DNA of 64,000 bases. Origin: Holophagales bacterium. GTDB taxonomy: Bacteria; Acidobacteriota; Thermoanaerobaculia; UBA5066. Shown here piece by piece: positions 9,102 through 18,955 of this stretch. Position numbers and translations under genes: made by a program. The DNA is taken from NCBI GenBank assembly GCA_016716705.1, contig JADJVF010000019.1:24586-88585 (forward strand), given 5' to 3'. The first letter of the stretch is position 1, and every line of letters begins with the position of its first letter. The notes below the pieces were generated by a model. That model saw only the letters and a list, made by a program, of their open reading frames with translations, was not told where the DNA came from and did no database searches.

Positions 9102-10505
9102 TCAGGCCCGTCCTTCAAGGGGCGGACTCGGTTCCCGGCGGCCGTTCTTCGCGATCCTCTCGCGGAGGCGGCCCGCGGCGGCCTCGATCTCGCTGGCGGT
9201 GGGGGCGAGCCCGCGCCCCGGACGCCGGTCGCGATGAAAGACGACCTCGCCATCGACCCTCGTCTCGACGACGTTTCCACGGTCGAACGCGAAGACGAGC
9301 GGCCCGTAAGGGTCGTCGCGCCAGGACGTCGGCCGCGCGAAGCCGGCGGAGGGGTCGAGGAGGACGAAGTCGGCCCTCTTGCCCACCTCGATCGTTCCGC
9401 AGACGTCGCCGAGGCCGAGAGCCGCGGCCCCTTCGGCCGTCGCCATCCGGGCGACCTGCCAGGCGGTCAGCGCCGCCGGCCCGGAGGCGACCTTCTGAAG
9501 GAGGGCCGCGTGGCGCATCTCCGAGAAGGGGTCCAGCCGGTCGTTGCAGGGGGCGCCGTCGGCACCGAGCGTGACGCGGATCCCGCGGGCGAGGTAGTCG
9601 GGGACGGGGCAGATGCCCGAGGCGAGCTTCAGGTTCGACGAGGGGCAGTGCGCGACGGCGGTGCCGTCGGCGGCGAGGAGCTGCCGCTCCTCCTCGTTCG
9701 TGTGGATGACGTGGGCGAGCACCGTCGCGGGCCCCGCGATCCCGAGGTCACGCAGGTGCTCGATGTTCGCGCGGCCGCTCCGCGCCCTCACGAGCTCGAC
9801 CTCGTCGCGGTTCTCGGAGGCGTGCGTGTGGACGAGGACGCCCTGCGCGCGGGCCCGGGAAGCGGACTCCCGGAGGATCCGGTCGGTGCAGGAGACGGCG
9901 AAGCGCGGGCACCAGGCGAAGCGGAGCCGCCCGCCGGCCGTGCCGTGCCAGCGCGCGAAGAGCCGCTCTCCCTCGGCGAGCGCCTCCTCCGTCTCGGCGA
10001 AGAGCCCGGGAGGGTTCGTCGACGGGTCGTCCATGAGCGCGTTCCCGCTCGTCACCCGGAGGCCCGAGGCCTCCGCCGCGCGGAAGACGGCGTCGGTGTG
10101 CCTCACGGTGCCCATGTCGAGGATCGCGGTCGTCCCGCCGGCCGCCAGCTCCGCGAGGCCGAGGCGTGCGGAGAGGAAGAGCGTCTCCTCGTCGTGGGCC
10201 GCCTCGCCGGGCCAGACGTGCGTCTTCAGCCACGGAAGGAGCGGGAGGTCGTCGGGGCCGTTGCGAAGGAGCGTCTGGCAGAGGTGGATGTGGGTCTGGA
10301 CGAATCCCGGGAAGAGCCAGAGGCCCTCCGCGTCGACCCGTTCGACGGGCTCGCCACGTGCGCCGGCGGCCGCGGCGGCGGCCCGCGCCTCCGAGCCGAG
10401 GGCGCGGATGATCCCCTCCTCGGCCCAGACGGCGCCGCTCGGGTGAAGGTCGTCGGCCGAGCGCATTCCGGCGACGAGGGCGTTCTCGATCAGGAGGGTG
10501 CGCAT
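9102..10505 (-). CDS. Metal-dependent amidohydrolase, nucleobase/nucleoside deaminase type (MTA/SAH deaminase or guanine deaminase-like)
   Basis: 467 aa. Contains the HxH metal motif (FVQTHIHLCQT), HTHASEN, HCPSSNLKLASG, LGADGAP and GTIEVGKRADFVLLD. Confidence 0.8.
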   Translation of the reverse strand: MRTLLIENALVAGMRSADDLHPSGAVWAEEGIIRALGSEARAAAAAAGARGEPVERVDAEGLWLFPGFVQTHIHLCQTLLRNGPDDLPLLPWLKTHVWPGEAAHDEETLFLSARLGLAELAAGGTTAILDMGTVRHTDAVFRAAEASGLRVTSGNALMDDPSTNPPGLFAETEEALAEGERLFARWHGTAGGRLRFAWCPRFAVSCTDRILRESASRARAQGVLVHTHASENRDEVELVRARSGRANIEHLRDLGIAGPATVLAHVIHTNEEERQLLAADGTAVAHCPSSNLKLASGICPVPDYLARGIRVTLGADGAPCNDRLDPFSEMRHAALLQKVASGPAALTAWQVARMATAEGAAALGLGDVCGTIEVGKRADFVLLDPSAGFARPTSWRDDPYGPLVFAFDRGNVVETRVDGEVVFHRDRRPGRGLAPTASEIEAAAGRLRERIAKNGRREPSPPLEGRA

Positions 10506-10590
10506 CCGGCGGAGTATCGGCCCGCGGACCCCGCGCGTCGAGGCGGGAGAGCGGGAGGCGGTGGGCCGGCGGGGAGCCTGCCGCCCGGCG

Positions 10591-11223
10591 TCAGGGCGCC
10601 GGAGGCGGCGGGGGACAGGGGGCGTCCGGCAGGTCGGCGGCCGGGGACCCGTCGAGGCCGAGGGCCGCGGCGATCGGGACCTGCGAGGCGAGGACGAGCG
10701 CGATGAGCTCGGGCAGGGGCCGGCCCCACTCCTCGGCGCCCCGCCGCACGTACTCGCGATCGACCTTCTGGGCGAAGGCCTTCTCCTTCAGCCTCTTCAG
10801 GACCGACTCCACCGGGACCTCGGAGATCTTCTTCGACGGGCGGACGAGGGCGCAGGCGCCGACGAAGCCCGTCAGCTCGTCGGCCGCGAGGATCGCCTTC
10901 TCCATCGGCGTCTCGCGCGGGATGCCGGTGTAGAAGGCGTGCCCGCCGATCGCCTTGACGAGGTCCTCGGGCCATGCGCGCTCCCGGAGGATCTCCATGC
11001 CGCGGAAGACGTGGTCCGCCTCGGTGGGGTACTTCTCGTAGTCGAAGTCGTGGAGAAGGCCGACGAGGCCCCAGCGCTCCACCTCCGCCTCGTCCGTCGC
11101 GCCGGAGGCGCGGGCGAGGTGGCGCATCGAGGCCTCCACGGCGAGGGCGTGGCGACGGAGCGCCTGTGACGCCGTGAACTCGGTCAGGAGGGACCAGGCG
11201 TTCTCGCGGGTGGGAGCGGTCAT
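10591..11223 (-). CDS. HD-domain (HDIG-type) phosphohydrolase
   Basis: 210 aa. Has a RRHALAVE histidine plus the LLHDFDYE HD dyad, and a Pro-rich tail. It is the first gene of a minus-strand trio with the amidohydrolase and Usp. Confidence 0.75.
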   Translation of the reverse strand: MTAPTRENAWSLLTEFTASQALRRHALAVEASMRHLARASGATDEAEVERWGLVGLLHDFDYEKYPTEADHVFRGMEILRERAWPEDLVKAIGGHAFYTGIPRETPMEKAILAADELTGFVGACALVRPSKKISEVPVESVLKRLKEKAFAQKVDREYVRRGAEEWGRPLPELIALVLASQVPIAAALGLDGSPAADLPDAPCPPPPPAP

Positions 11224-11330
11224 GGGCGGGAGTATCCCTCCCGTCCGGACCGAAGGGCCTTTAAAAAGGATAGTAACTTATCCGTTTTGAAGAAAACACC
11301 CGCTCGATGGACAAGTTTTCAAGAATCTGC

Positions 11331-11359
11331 TTGACGAAATGGGCGAAGTGCATCAGATT
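11331..11359 (+). promoter_or_regulatory. Candidate sigma-70-type promoter of glnA
   Basis: TTGACG (11331-11336), a 17-nt spacer, then CAGATT (11354-11359), in the only AT-richer intergenic region here. The -10 element is weak. Confidence 0.25.
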
Positions 11360-11397
11360 CCGCGCCGTTCCGGCCTGATCCGGAAGAAGGAGCAGCG

Positions 11398-12738
11398 ATG
11401 GGAATGAAAGCCGCCGAAATCCTGAAGACCTGTGACAAGGAAGGCGTGAGGTTCCTGCGCCTGCAGTTCACGGACATTCTCGGGATCATCAAGAACGTCG
11501 AGGTGCCGCGGTCCCAGTTCGAGAAGGCGCTGGACGGCGAGATCCAGTTCGACGGCTCCTCGATCGAGGGATTCACCCGGATCGAGGAATCGGACATGGG
11601 CCTCGTTCCCGATCTCGACACCTTCCGGATCTTTCCGTGGTCTCACACGAACGGGAAGGTGGCGCGGCTCGTCTGCGACGTCATCACGCCCGACGGAAAG
11701 GCCTTTGCCGGGTGCCCGCGCCAGACGCTGAAGAGGCAGAAGGAGAAGGCGAAGGACCTCGGCTACAGCCTGATGACGGGCCCCGAGGCGGAGTTCTTCC
11801 TCTTCCGGCGCGATGCAACCGGTGACCCGATCGTCGACACGCACGACTCCGGCGGCTACTTCGACCTCACCCCGGTCGACCGCGGCGAGGAAGCCCGGCG
11901 CGACATCGTCGTCGCCCTCGAGGCGATGGGCTTCGAGGTCGAGGCGGCCCACCACGAGGTCGCCCCCGGGCAGCACGAGATCGACTTCAAGTACGGCGAC
12001 GCGGTCGCCACGGCCGACAACGTCACGACCTTCAAGCTGATCGTCAAGAAGGTCGCCATGGACCACGGCCTCCACGCCACCTTCATGCCGAAGCCGATCT
12101 TCGGCGTGAACGGCTCGGGGATGCACGTCCACCAGTCGCTCATGACCGGGACCGCCGCGAGCCCGAAGAACGCCTTCTTCGACCCGAAGGCCCCCTTCCA
12201 GCTCTCGAAGATCGCGATGTACTACATCGGCGGCGTCCTGAAGCACGCCAAGGCGATCGCCGCGGTGACGAACCCGCTCGTCAACTCCTACAAGCGGCTC
12301 GTCCCGGGCTACGAGGCGCCGATCAACGTCGCCTGGTCCGAGCGCAACCGCTCGCCGATGGTCCGCATCCCGGCCCGGCGCGGCATGGGAACGCGCTGCG
12401 AGGTCCGGATGCCCGATCCGGCCTGCAACCCCTACCTGGCCTTCGCCGTGATGCTCGCGGCGGGCCTCGACGGCATCAAGAACAAGATCGAGGCCGGCGA
12501 GCCGGTGAACGAGAACATCTTCGAGATGTCCGAGCGCGAGAAGAAGCGCCGGAAGATCGAGCAGCTCCCCGCGAACCTCTCCGACGCCCTCGACTGCCTC
12601 GAGAAGGACGACGTCGTGAAGAACGCGCTCGGCGAGCACATCCACGAGCACTTCGTCCAGGCCAAGCGGGCCGAGTGGGCGACCTACATCTCCCGGGTCC
12701 ACCCCTGGGAAGTGGACGAGTACCTGCAGGCGTACTGA
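11398..12738 (+). CDS. glnA: Glutamine synthetase type I (short GSI-alpha-like form)
   Basis: 446 aa. Contains [19 protein letters not shown] and the ATFMPKP and [17 protein letters not shown] signatures. The adenylylation-site region reads ENIFEMSE (Phe instead of Tyr), which suggests no adenylylation. RBS GAAGGAG precedes the ATG. Confidence 0.95.
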   Translation: MGMKAAEILKTCDKEGVRFLRLQFTDILGIIKNVEVPRSQFEKALDGEIQFDGSSIEGFTRIEESDMGLVPDLDTFRIFPWSHTNGKVARLVCDVITPDGKAFAGCPRQTLKRQKEKAKDLGYSLMTGPEAEFFLFRRDATGDPIVDTHDSGGYFDLTPVDRGEEARRDIVVALEAMGFEVEAAHHEVAPGQHEIDFKYGDAVATADNVTTFKLIVKKVAMDHGLHATFMPKPIFGVNGSGMHVHQSLMTGTAASPKNAFFDPKAPFQLSKIAMYYIGGVLKHAKAIAAVTNPLVNSYKRLVPGYEAPINVAWSERNRSPMVRIPARRGMGTRCEVRMPDPACNPYLAFAVMLAAGLDGIKNKIEAGEPVNENIFEMSEREKKRRKIEQLPANLSDALDCLEKDDVVKNALGEHIHEHFVQAKRAEWATYISRVHPWEVDEYLQAY

Positions 12739-12745
12739 AATGGAC

Positions 12746-12775
12746 GGGGGAAACCCGGGCCGCCGGGTTTCCCCC
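12746..12775. terminator. Perfect 13-bp GC-rich hairpin between convergent genes (glnA terminator)
   Basis: GGGGGAAACCCGG-GCCG-CCGGGTTTCCCCC, starting 8 nt after the glnA stop. It is symmetric, so it could act on both strands. Confidence 0.7.
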
Positions 12776-13095
12776 GTGCCCCCTTCCGCGCGGCGAGGCT
12801 GCTCGCTCCGCGAGCGTGAGACGAAGGGAAACCCGGGCCGGCCGGCCTTCCTGGCGTCTTCCTCGTCGTCCAGCTCGTCGAAGGCTTCCTCGACGAGGGC
12901 GAACGGGATCCGGGCAACCTCGCGGCCGCTGGCATCGAAGAGGGCGACCGGTTCGTCCTCGTCGGCGGATGGCGACGCGAGGGCGGATGCGGCCAGCTCT
13001 CGCGCGAGGGCGGAATCGACTCCGGTCTCGTCGACGATCTTCGCCGCGAGGATCTCGAGGAGGCGGGCGGAGGAGCGGGACGAAGCTTCGGTCAT
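12776..13095 (-). CDS. Small acidic hypothetical protein; 3' end undefined
   Basis: The ATG at 13095 is preceded by GGGGAG 7 nt upstream. Host-like codon usage for roughly 95 codons (MTEASSRSSARLLEILAAKIVDETG...EEAFDELDDEEDARK). No stop occurs in any minus frame before the glnA terminator. The track ORF 11353..13095 simply runs on antisense to glnA. Confidence 0.35.
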
Positions 13096-13223
13096 CTGTC
13101 GGCTCCCCGGCGAACATCGACCCTCGCGATCCGTCCTGTCAACACGGATCGACAGGGCCCGTCCGATGCGCTGACAGGTCGCGGGCCGGCGGGAGGCTCG
13201 GACTCCCGACCGGCCATCGATCC

Positions 13224-14476
13224 TCAGGGCAGGAGCGGAACGTCCCGAGCCGCGATGAAGGTGCCGTCGCCGGAGCGATTGTCGACGGCGATGACGAACG
13301 GGAAGACGGGGAGGCGCGCGAAGAAGGTGAGCGAAGCCCCCTCGGTGGCGAATCCCTCGGCGCCCACCTCGCGGTAGACGTCGTTCACCTGGAGCCAGGC
13401 GCCGGGCTCGAGGGTGCGCGTGAAGGTGCCGAGCTCGGTGCCGTCGCCGTCGTACAGCCAGAAGACGGCTTCCACCGGGGCGGCGTGGGGGTTGAAGGCA
13501 CCGGCATTGACCCGGAACGGGCCGGAGGCATCGTCCCGCGCCCCGGAGAGGCCGGGGAAGAGGGCGCTCGTCCTCGCCTCGTCCCGGCGCATCGCCGGGA
13601 TGCCCGTGCCGTTGCCAGGGCTCTCGGGGTTCACCGTGACGACGCGCGAGGAGACGAGCATCGGCCCGCCTCGGAGGTCGTAGGAGAACTGGAGGGTGCC
13701 CGCGGCGTCGCGCTGACCGAGCATCGTCGAGAGGACGTCGGGGAGGTGCCGCGTCTGCTTCGCGCCGACGTGAAGGACGACGGGGGTCGTCGGGCGGCCG
13801 TCGCGCCAGAACGGAGCGTGAACATCCTCTCGGCGGGGGCCGGGTTGTGGACCCAGAGATCGGTCTCGAAGCGCTCGCCCTTCGCGCCGCGGACGGACGC
13901 GGCGGTCGGGATGAAGAAGTCCTCGTCCTCGACCGAGCGGCGCAGCACGACGTCGTCGACGAAGATCGGGTAGGGCTCTTCTCCGGCGGAACGGGCGATC
14001 ACGACGACGAGAGCGCTGACGGCGGCCTGGGGCGCCGGAATCCGGCGCCTCTCCTTCACCTGCCACCCGGCGGGCTCGGTGTAGGAGAAGTCGAGCGACG
14101 GGGCGCCGCGCAGAGTCGGCCCCTGGCAGCCCGGGTCCGCGTGCCACTGAAGGCGAAGGGAGACACCGCCGGAGTGACCGGGCCACTCCGGCAGACGGGC
14201 GGCGGCCGAGAGGTCGTAGAGCCGGTAGCCCTCGACGGCGACGCACTGGAGCATCGCGTCGCTTCCTTCCGGTCGATTCGGGAGCGTGATCCGGGCCGAG
14301 CCGGGGCTCGCGGCGCCGCCCGCGCTGTAGGAAACGAGATCGAGGCGCGACCACGAGGAGGTGTTCTCGCGGAAATCGCCGTTGACGAGGAGGTTTTCGG
14401 CCCGGACCGCGTGGGCCGGGAGGGCCGACGCGAGGAGGCCGGACAGGATGGTCATCGAAGCTGCGAAAGGTCTCAT
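13224..14476 (-). CDS. Secreted two-domain protein of unknown function, paralog A (CBM4/9-like N-domain plus conserved beta-rich C-domain); one frameshift as assembled
   Basis: Signal peptide MRPFAASMTILSGLLASALPAHA (ATG 14476) in the frame of ORF 13631..14641. The C-terminal 190 aa are in the frame of ORF 13224..14354. The junction is near 13810; adding one T gives ...MFTLRFWRDGRPTT..., which aligns with paralog B. Confidence 0.65.
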
Positions 14477-15743
14477 GGCTGAAAGCTCTCCCTGGGCTCG
14501 AGGTAGACGGAGTCGCCCGAGCGGTTGTCGATGGAGATGAGGAAGGGGAAGACGGGGGCCTCGGAGGTGAACGTCACGAAGGAGCCGGGTCGGGCGGAGC
14601 CGGCGCCCGCCGCCCCGAAGAGGTCGTTGATCTGGGCCCACGCGCCCGGGCCGACCATCTGGAAGACCGTGTTGAGCGCCTCGCCGCTCTCGGCGTGGAC
14701 GGTGAAGCCGACGAAGACGGCGGTCGTGGACGGGTTGTAGACGCCGCCGTTCACGCGCGTCCCGCCGTCGCCGGCGCGCCCGTCGGAAAGGCCGACGAAC
14801 GTCGCGGTCACCCGCGCTGCCGAGGACGGAAGGACGGGGAGGGCCATCCCGTTGCCGGGTCTCTCCGCGTGGACGGTCGCGGCCCGCGCCGAAACGACGA
14901 TCGGACCTGGTGTCGCCTCGTAGGTCACCTCGAGCGCGCCGGCGCCGCTCTGCTTTCCGAAGATCTCGAGGAGTGCATCGGCGAAGACGCGCGTCTCCCG
15001 CGGCGCGAAGAGCAGGCTCACCGCCGCTGTGGAGCAGGGCTGGTCCGCCCGGCAGCGGAGGGCGACGTCGATGCGCCGGGTGGTGGGGGCGGGGTTCGTC
15101 AGGACGAGGGTCGTCCGGAAGCGCTCGCCGCGCGCCCCGTCGACGGAGGCCGCGGTCGGCACCGTCAGCGTGACGAACCTCTGCGAGGGGGAGAGCTCCA
15201 CGTCGTCGACGAACGCCGTGAAGGCGAGCTCCGGCCCCGAGGCCCAGGGGACGATCTGGACCGAGGCGCTCGCCGCCCCGGACGGCGCGCGGAGCCGCTC
15301 GAGGCTCCGGCGGGTCCAGCCGCCGGGGCCACGTAGGGAAAGTCGAGGGCGGGGGAGAGGCCGAGGGTCGCTCCCTCGCAGCCGGGCCAGGAGTGCCAGA
15401 CGACCCGGAAGGAGACGCCGCCCTCCGCCTCGGGGGAGGAAGGGAGAAGCGTCGAGGCGCCGAGGTCGTAGTCGGTGCCCGGCGTCACGGCGGCGCACTG
15501 GGAGAGCCTCAGGGCGCCGACGATTCCGGGATTGCCGCGGATCCGAGCGGACCCTGACCCGGGGCCGGCGGCGCCCTCCGGGGCCCATTCGACGGACGGA
15601 GTCGCCGCCCATCCTCCGAGTCCCGATCCGAAGCTCCCGTTGTTGAGGATGTTGGCCGCGGCCGAAGGGAGAGCGGCGGAAAGGGCCGCTCCCACGAGGG
15701 CCGCGCCGAGGAGGGTCGGTCGCGTTCTGAGGTGCTGTCTCAT
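14473..15743 (-). CDS. Secreted two-domain protein of unknown function, paralog B; one frameshift as assembled
   Basis: Signal peptide MRQHLRTRPTLLGAALVGAALSAALPSAAA (ORF 15165..15743). The rest is in the frame of ORF 14473..15753. The junction lies in the GGCCCCGGCGG run at 15320-15330. Its TGA overlaps the ATG of paralog A (ATGA at 14476-14473). Confidence 0.65.
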
Positions 15744-15783
15744 GGTGCCCCAACCTACGGTCCGGGCCCGGGCGAGTTCCTCA

Positions 15784-18028
15784 ATGGCGTCTCATTTTTC
15801 GGCTACGATTCCCTCACAGGATTCCGTGATGTCTGCCAAGTCTCCTGAAGCCAGTGGTTTGTGGGAATTCGGCGAGTTTCGGCTCGATGGGCGGGCGCGC
15901 CTGCTCCTGAGGGATGGAATCCCTGTTCCCCTCACGCCAAAGGCCCTCGATGTCCTCTTTCACCTCGTTCGGCATGCCGGAAGGGCTGTCTCCCGTGAGG
16001 AGCTCCTGGGGGCGCCGGATGCCGGCCGTTGGACGGGCGGCGAGAAGAGGAAGGGACCTTCACCCGTAGTCCTGGCCGTCTGCGCGGCGGCGGCGCTCGT
16101 GGCGGCGGCCGTCGTCCCGATCCTCCTCAGGAGCCCGGCGACGGGGGGATCGGCGAATCGGGCCGAGTCGTCGACACCCTTGCCACTCCTCGCGCTCGAT
16201 CGCGAGATCGCCGTGCCGCCCGATGCCCTCCGGATCCTCGGAGCCTTCGACGGTACCGTGGTCCTCTCGGCGCCGTCCGCCTACTACCTGCTCCCGGCGG
16301 ACGGGGCGCTCGCGGCGTCCCGCGTACCGCTCGCGCCGAATGAGGTGGCGGCCGCGCCGCTCGGAGGAGGACGGCTCCTCGTCGTGCGCGGCGGGAGGGT
16401 CGTGGCCCGTCACCCGACGAAACCGGAGGAGACCGACCTCGGGGCCCTCCCCGCGGACGCGCCAGGTCCTTCGGAGGGGCGCGTCGTCGCTTCGCGCTCC
16501 GGGCGTTTTCTCGTGATCAGGGGAGAGGAGGTGCTCGACCTCTTCGAGCGGACGGAGAAGGGGTGGACGCAGCGGCTGCGGGCGCGCGTCCCGCTGGTCC
16601 CGGGCGAGGTGATCGACCTGGGCGAGCGCCTCCTGGCCATCGCTCAGGGGGCCGGGCGCTCCGTCCGGGCCTGGTCGCTTCCGGACGGAGCGGCCGTCCT
16701 CGATGCCCCGTTCGCGGAGCGGCAGGTGTTCGCTGTCGCCGTCGACGACGCGAGAGGAGAGGTGGCCGTGGGAGGCCCGTTCGACACGGTCGCGGTCTTC
16801 TCGACCACCGGCTCGCCCGGTCCCCGCCTGCTCCCGCGGCGCGGCTGGACCTACGGCCTCGCGTGGGTCTCCGACGCCCCGACCCTCCTCGCGTCCGGGC
16901 AGGAGGGCCTCACGGCGTGGCGCAACGGCGCGGAGCCGGTGGCACTGCTCTCGTCGGCCTCACCCGGCGGAGCGCTCTTCCTCGACTCGGACTTCCTCCT
17001 GACGCTCGTGCCTCGCAGGCAGAGGCTGGCGATCGTCTCCTACGCAGGGTTCCCGCCATCCGTCCGGGTCCCGGCCGGGGGCCTCGCCCTCTGGGCGGCC
17101 GAGCACGACGCGGAGGGGAAGACCGTTTTCACGGGGGGGAGGGACGGTCACCTCTGGTCGCTCGACACACGGACCCTCTCCGTCCGTCGCGAGGAGGTCC
17201 ACACCGACGGACTCACGTCGCTGGCGCGGGACGGCGACCTCCTGGCCTCGTCTTCGGACGACAAGACCGTCGCCCTCTGGAGGCTGCCGGGACCGACGCT
17301 GCGGTCGCGAACGAAGGCGCACGATTTCCTCGTGAACGACCTCGCGGTCGTCGAAGGAGAGAAGGGGCGCGAGCTCGTCACCTCTTCTTCGGACGGGACG
17401 GTGCGGCGGTGGAGCTGGCCGGCACTCGACCTTCTCGAGAAGATCGACGTCCAGGCGCTGCTCGGCCGGCCGGTGTCGTTCCACGCGGTCTGGCCCGCGC
17501 CCGGCGTCCGGCGAATCCTGGCGGGCACGTGGAACTCGAGTCTCCTCGAGCTGACCTTTCGCGGATGGGAGGTGGCGGGTCCGCGAGTTCCCCGTCGCGT
17601 CCCGCTCGATCTACCGTTTCGCCGCAGTGCCCCGCCTCGGGCTCGTCGTCGCGGCCGGCATCCTCCCTGCCGGCCTCCACGTCTTCGACCTCGCGTCCGG
17701 GACGCTTCATCCGCTCGACGCGGCCGGGCTCGACGTGATGTGGGCCGTGCCGGTGCCGGGGAAGGACGAGGTCCTGGTCGTCGGTCTCGACGGCGTGTCC
17801 CGTTACGCCTTCTCGGCGCTCCTCCCCGATGCGGCCGGCCGGCGAACCCTTTCCTACCGCGTCTGGTCGGGAAGGTGGACGGGCGCAGGATTCCAGACGG
17901 CGACGCTTCTTCCCGACCGCGCGATCTGGGCGGGAACGACGAACGGCGAGCTGGTCCGGCACGACAGCCGCCTGCTCGACGGGCCGCCCCTGTTCTCGAG
18001 AGGCCTGGAGCTCGGGCCGGCGCGATGA
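15784..18028 (+). CDS. Membrane-anchored CadC-like protein: truncated OmpR/PhoB-type winged-helix N-terminus, one TM helix, WD40/beta-propeller-like C-terminal region; one frameshift as assembled
   Basis: LWEFGEFRLDGRARLLLRDGIPVPLTPKALDVLFHLVRHAGRAVSREELL is the first half of a trans_reg_C domain. A TM segment follows (VVLAVCAAAALVAAAVVPILL). WD-like repeats are present (DGHLWSLD, SSSDDKTVALWRL, SSSDGTVRRWSW). The reading moves from the frame of ORF 15475..18099 to that of ORF 17627..18028 near 17581-17587. Alternative start at ATG 15829. Confidence 0.65.
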
Positions 18029-18043
18029 GCGGCGATCCGGCCG

Positions 18044-18595
18044 ATGTCCGGTTCGTCCGGAAGTACGACCGCCGCGCGGGAAGTCCGCGGTTCGGCTAAC
18101 CTCCGCCTCGTGCGTGCCCGCCTCACCCCCGTCCTTCGCCCGGTTCTCCTCCTCCTCCTCGCCCTCGCGGCGGTCGCCGGGGTCTCGTCGTCCGCCGAGG
18201 CCGCGAAGCGCCGCGACCTCGCCCGCGACGAGAAGCGCGGCGGGCACACCCTCTCCCGGCACGTCGGCCTGACCGACGCCGACCTGCGCGAGCGCCTGCG
18301 GCGCGACCAGCGAATTTCCGCGGCCTCGACGTACACCGACCGCCCGACGGCCGAGGAGGCGGTGACGTTGGCCCTCCTCGCGAGCAAGAAGAGGGTCGAC
18401 GGCTGGGTGATGCGCGAGGGCTCCCGCGCGAACCTCGTCATCGACTGGCCGGGGGACGGCCGTATCCTCGGCCGGTCCCTCCTGCGGGGGAAGAAGGATC
18501 CGGTACCCTGCACGAGGGCTCTCGTCATCCTGAAGTGGAACAACGAGACCGAGATCTACCATGTCCTGACGTCGTATCCGGAGGCTTCCCGATGA
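18044..18595 (+). CDS. Exported RNase A-like toxin domain protein (CdiA-CT RNase A-like family), signal peptide only
   Basis: 183-aa ORF with a probable GTG start at 18110, giving the signal peptide RARLTPVLRPVLLLLLALAAVAGVSSSAEA. The domain landmarks EKRGGHTLSRHVG, RISAASTY, DRPTAEEAV and the C-terminal YHVLTSYP match my recollection of the bacterial RNase A-like CDI toxin family. Confidence 0.6.
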   Translation: MSGSSGSTTAAREVRGSANLRLVRARLTPVLRPVLLLLLALAAVAGVSSSAEAAKRRDLARDEKRGGHTLSRHVGLTDADLRERLRRDQRISAASTYTDRPTAEEAVTLALLASKKRVDGWVMREGSRANLVIDWPGDGRILGRSLLRGKKDPVPCTRALVILKWNNETEIYHVLTSYPEASR

Positions 18596-18915
18596 CCGCA
18601 GCACCCAAGAAGGCGCCTGAAGCGATCGACCCCCGCAACTTTCCGGCCATCCGGGAAGCCTTCCGGGGCTACCTGCACGAGGACTGGACGACCGAGTATG
18701 CCGATTCGGCCGACGCGGTCCGCGCCTTTCGCCGCGACGCCGGGGAAGAGGAAGCGAAGGCCGTAGCCGTCGAGGCGAAGAAGCTCCTCGCGGCACTCGC
18801 CGGCATGGAAGTCAGGGACCTCAGGAAGCTCCTCGGGGCGGGCTTCGGGTCGGGCTGGAGGCCGTCGACGGCGGCGGAAGCCGACCGGGTCCTCCGTTTC
18901 CTGGCCGGCGAGTAG
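18592..18915 (+). CDS. CdiI-type immunity protein (cognate to the upstream toxin)
   Basis: The ATG at 18592 overlaps the toxin TGA (ATGA). It encodes 107 aa, acidic and helical. FPAIREAFRGYLHEDWTTEY...AVRAF resembles the N-terminal signature of contact-dependent growth inhibition immunity proteins. Confidence 0.55.
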   Translation: MTAAPKKAPEAIDPRNFPAIREAFRGYLHEDWTTEYADSADAVRAFRRDAGEEEAKAVAVEAKKLLAALAGMEVRDLRKLLGAGFGSGWRPSTAAEADRVLRFLAGE

Positions 18916-18955
18916 GAAACCGCCGCGAAGGCGGGTCCGGGTAGACTCCCGCGGC

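Noticed and set aside
11224-11397. Possible glutamine riboswitch (glnA RNA motif) or sigma-54 promoter upstream of glnA
   Set aside because: The segment GCGCCGUUCCGGCCUGAUCCGGAAGAAGGAGCAGCG only superficially resembles the motif. The closing CGUUC/GAACG pairing and the conserved GGAAGUAGG core are absent. There is also no GG-N10-GC element with correct spacing.
12740-13174. Plus-strand ORF 12740..13174 downstream of glnA
   Set aside because: It starts inside the terminator hairpin, and its product is Ser/Arg-rich junk. The minus-strand reading has far better codon usage.
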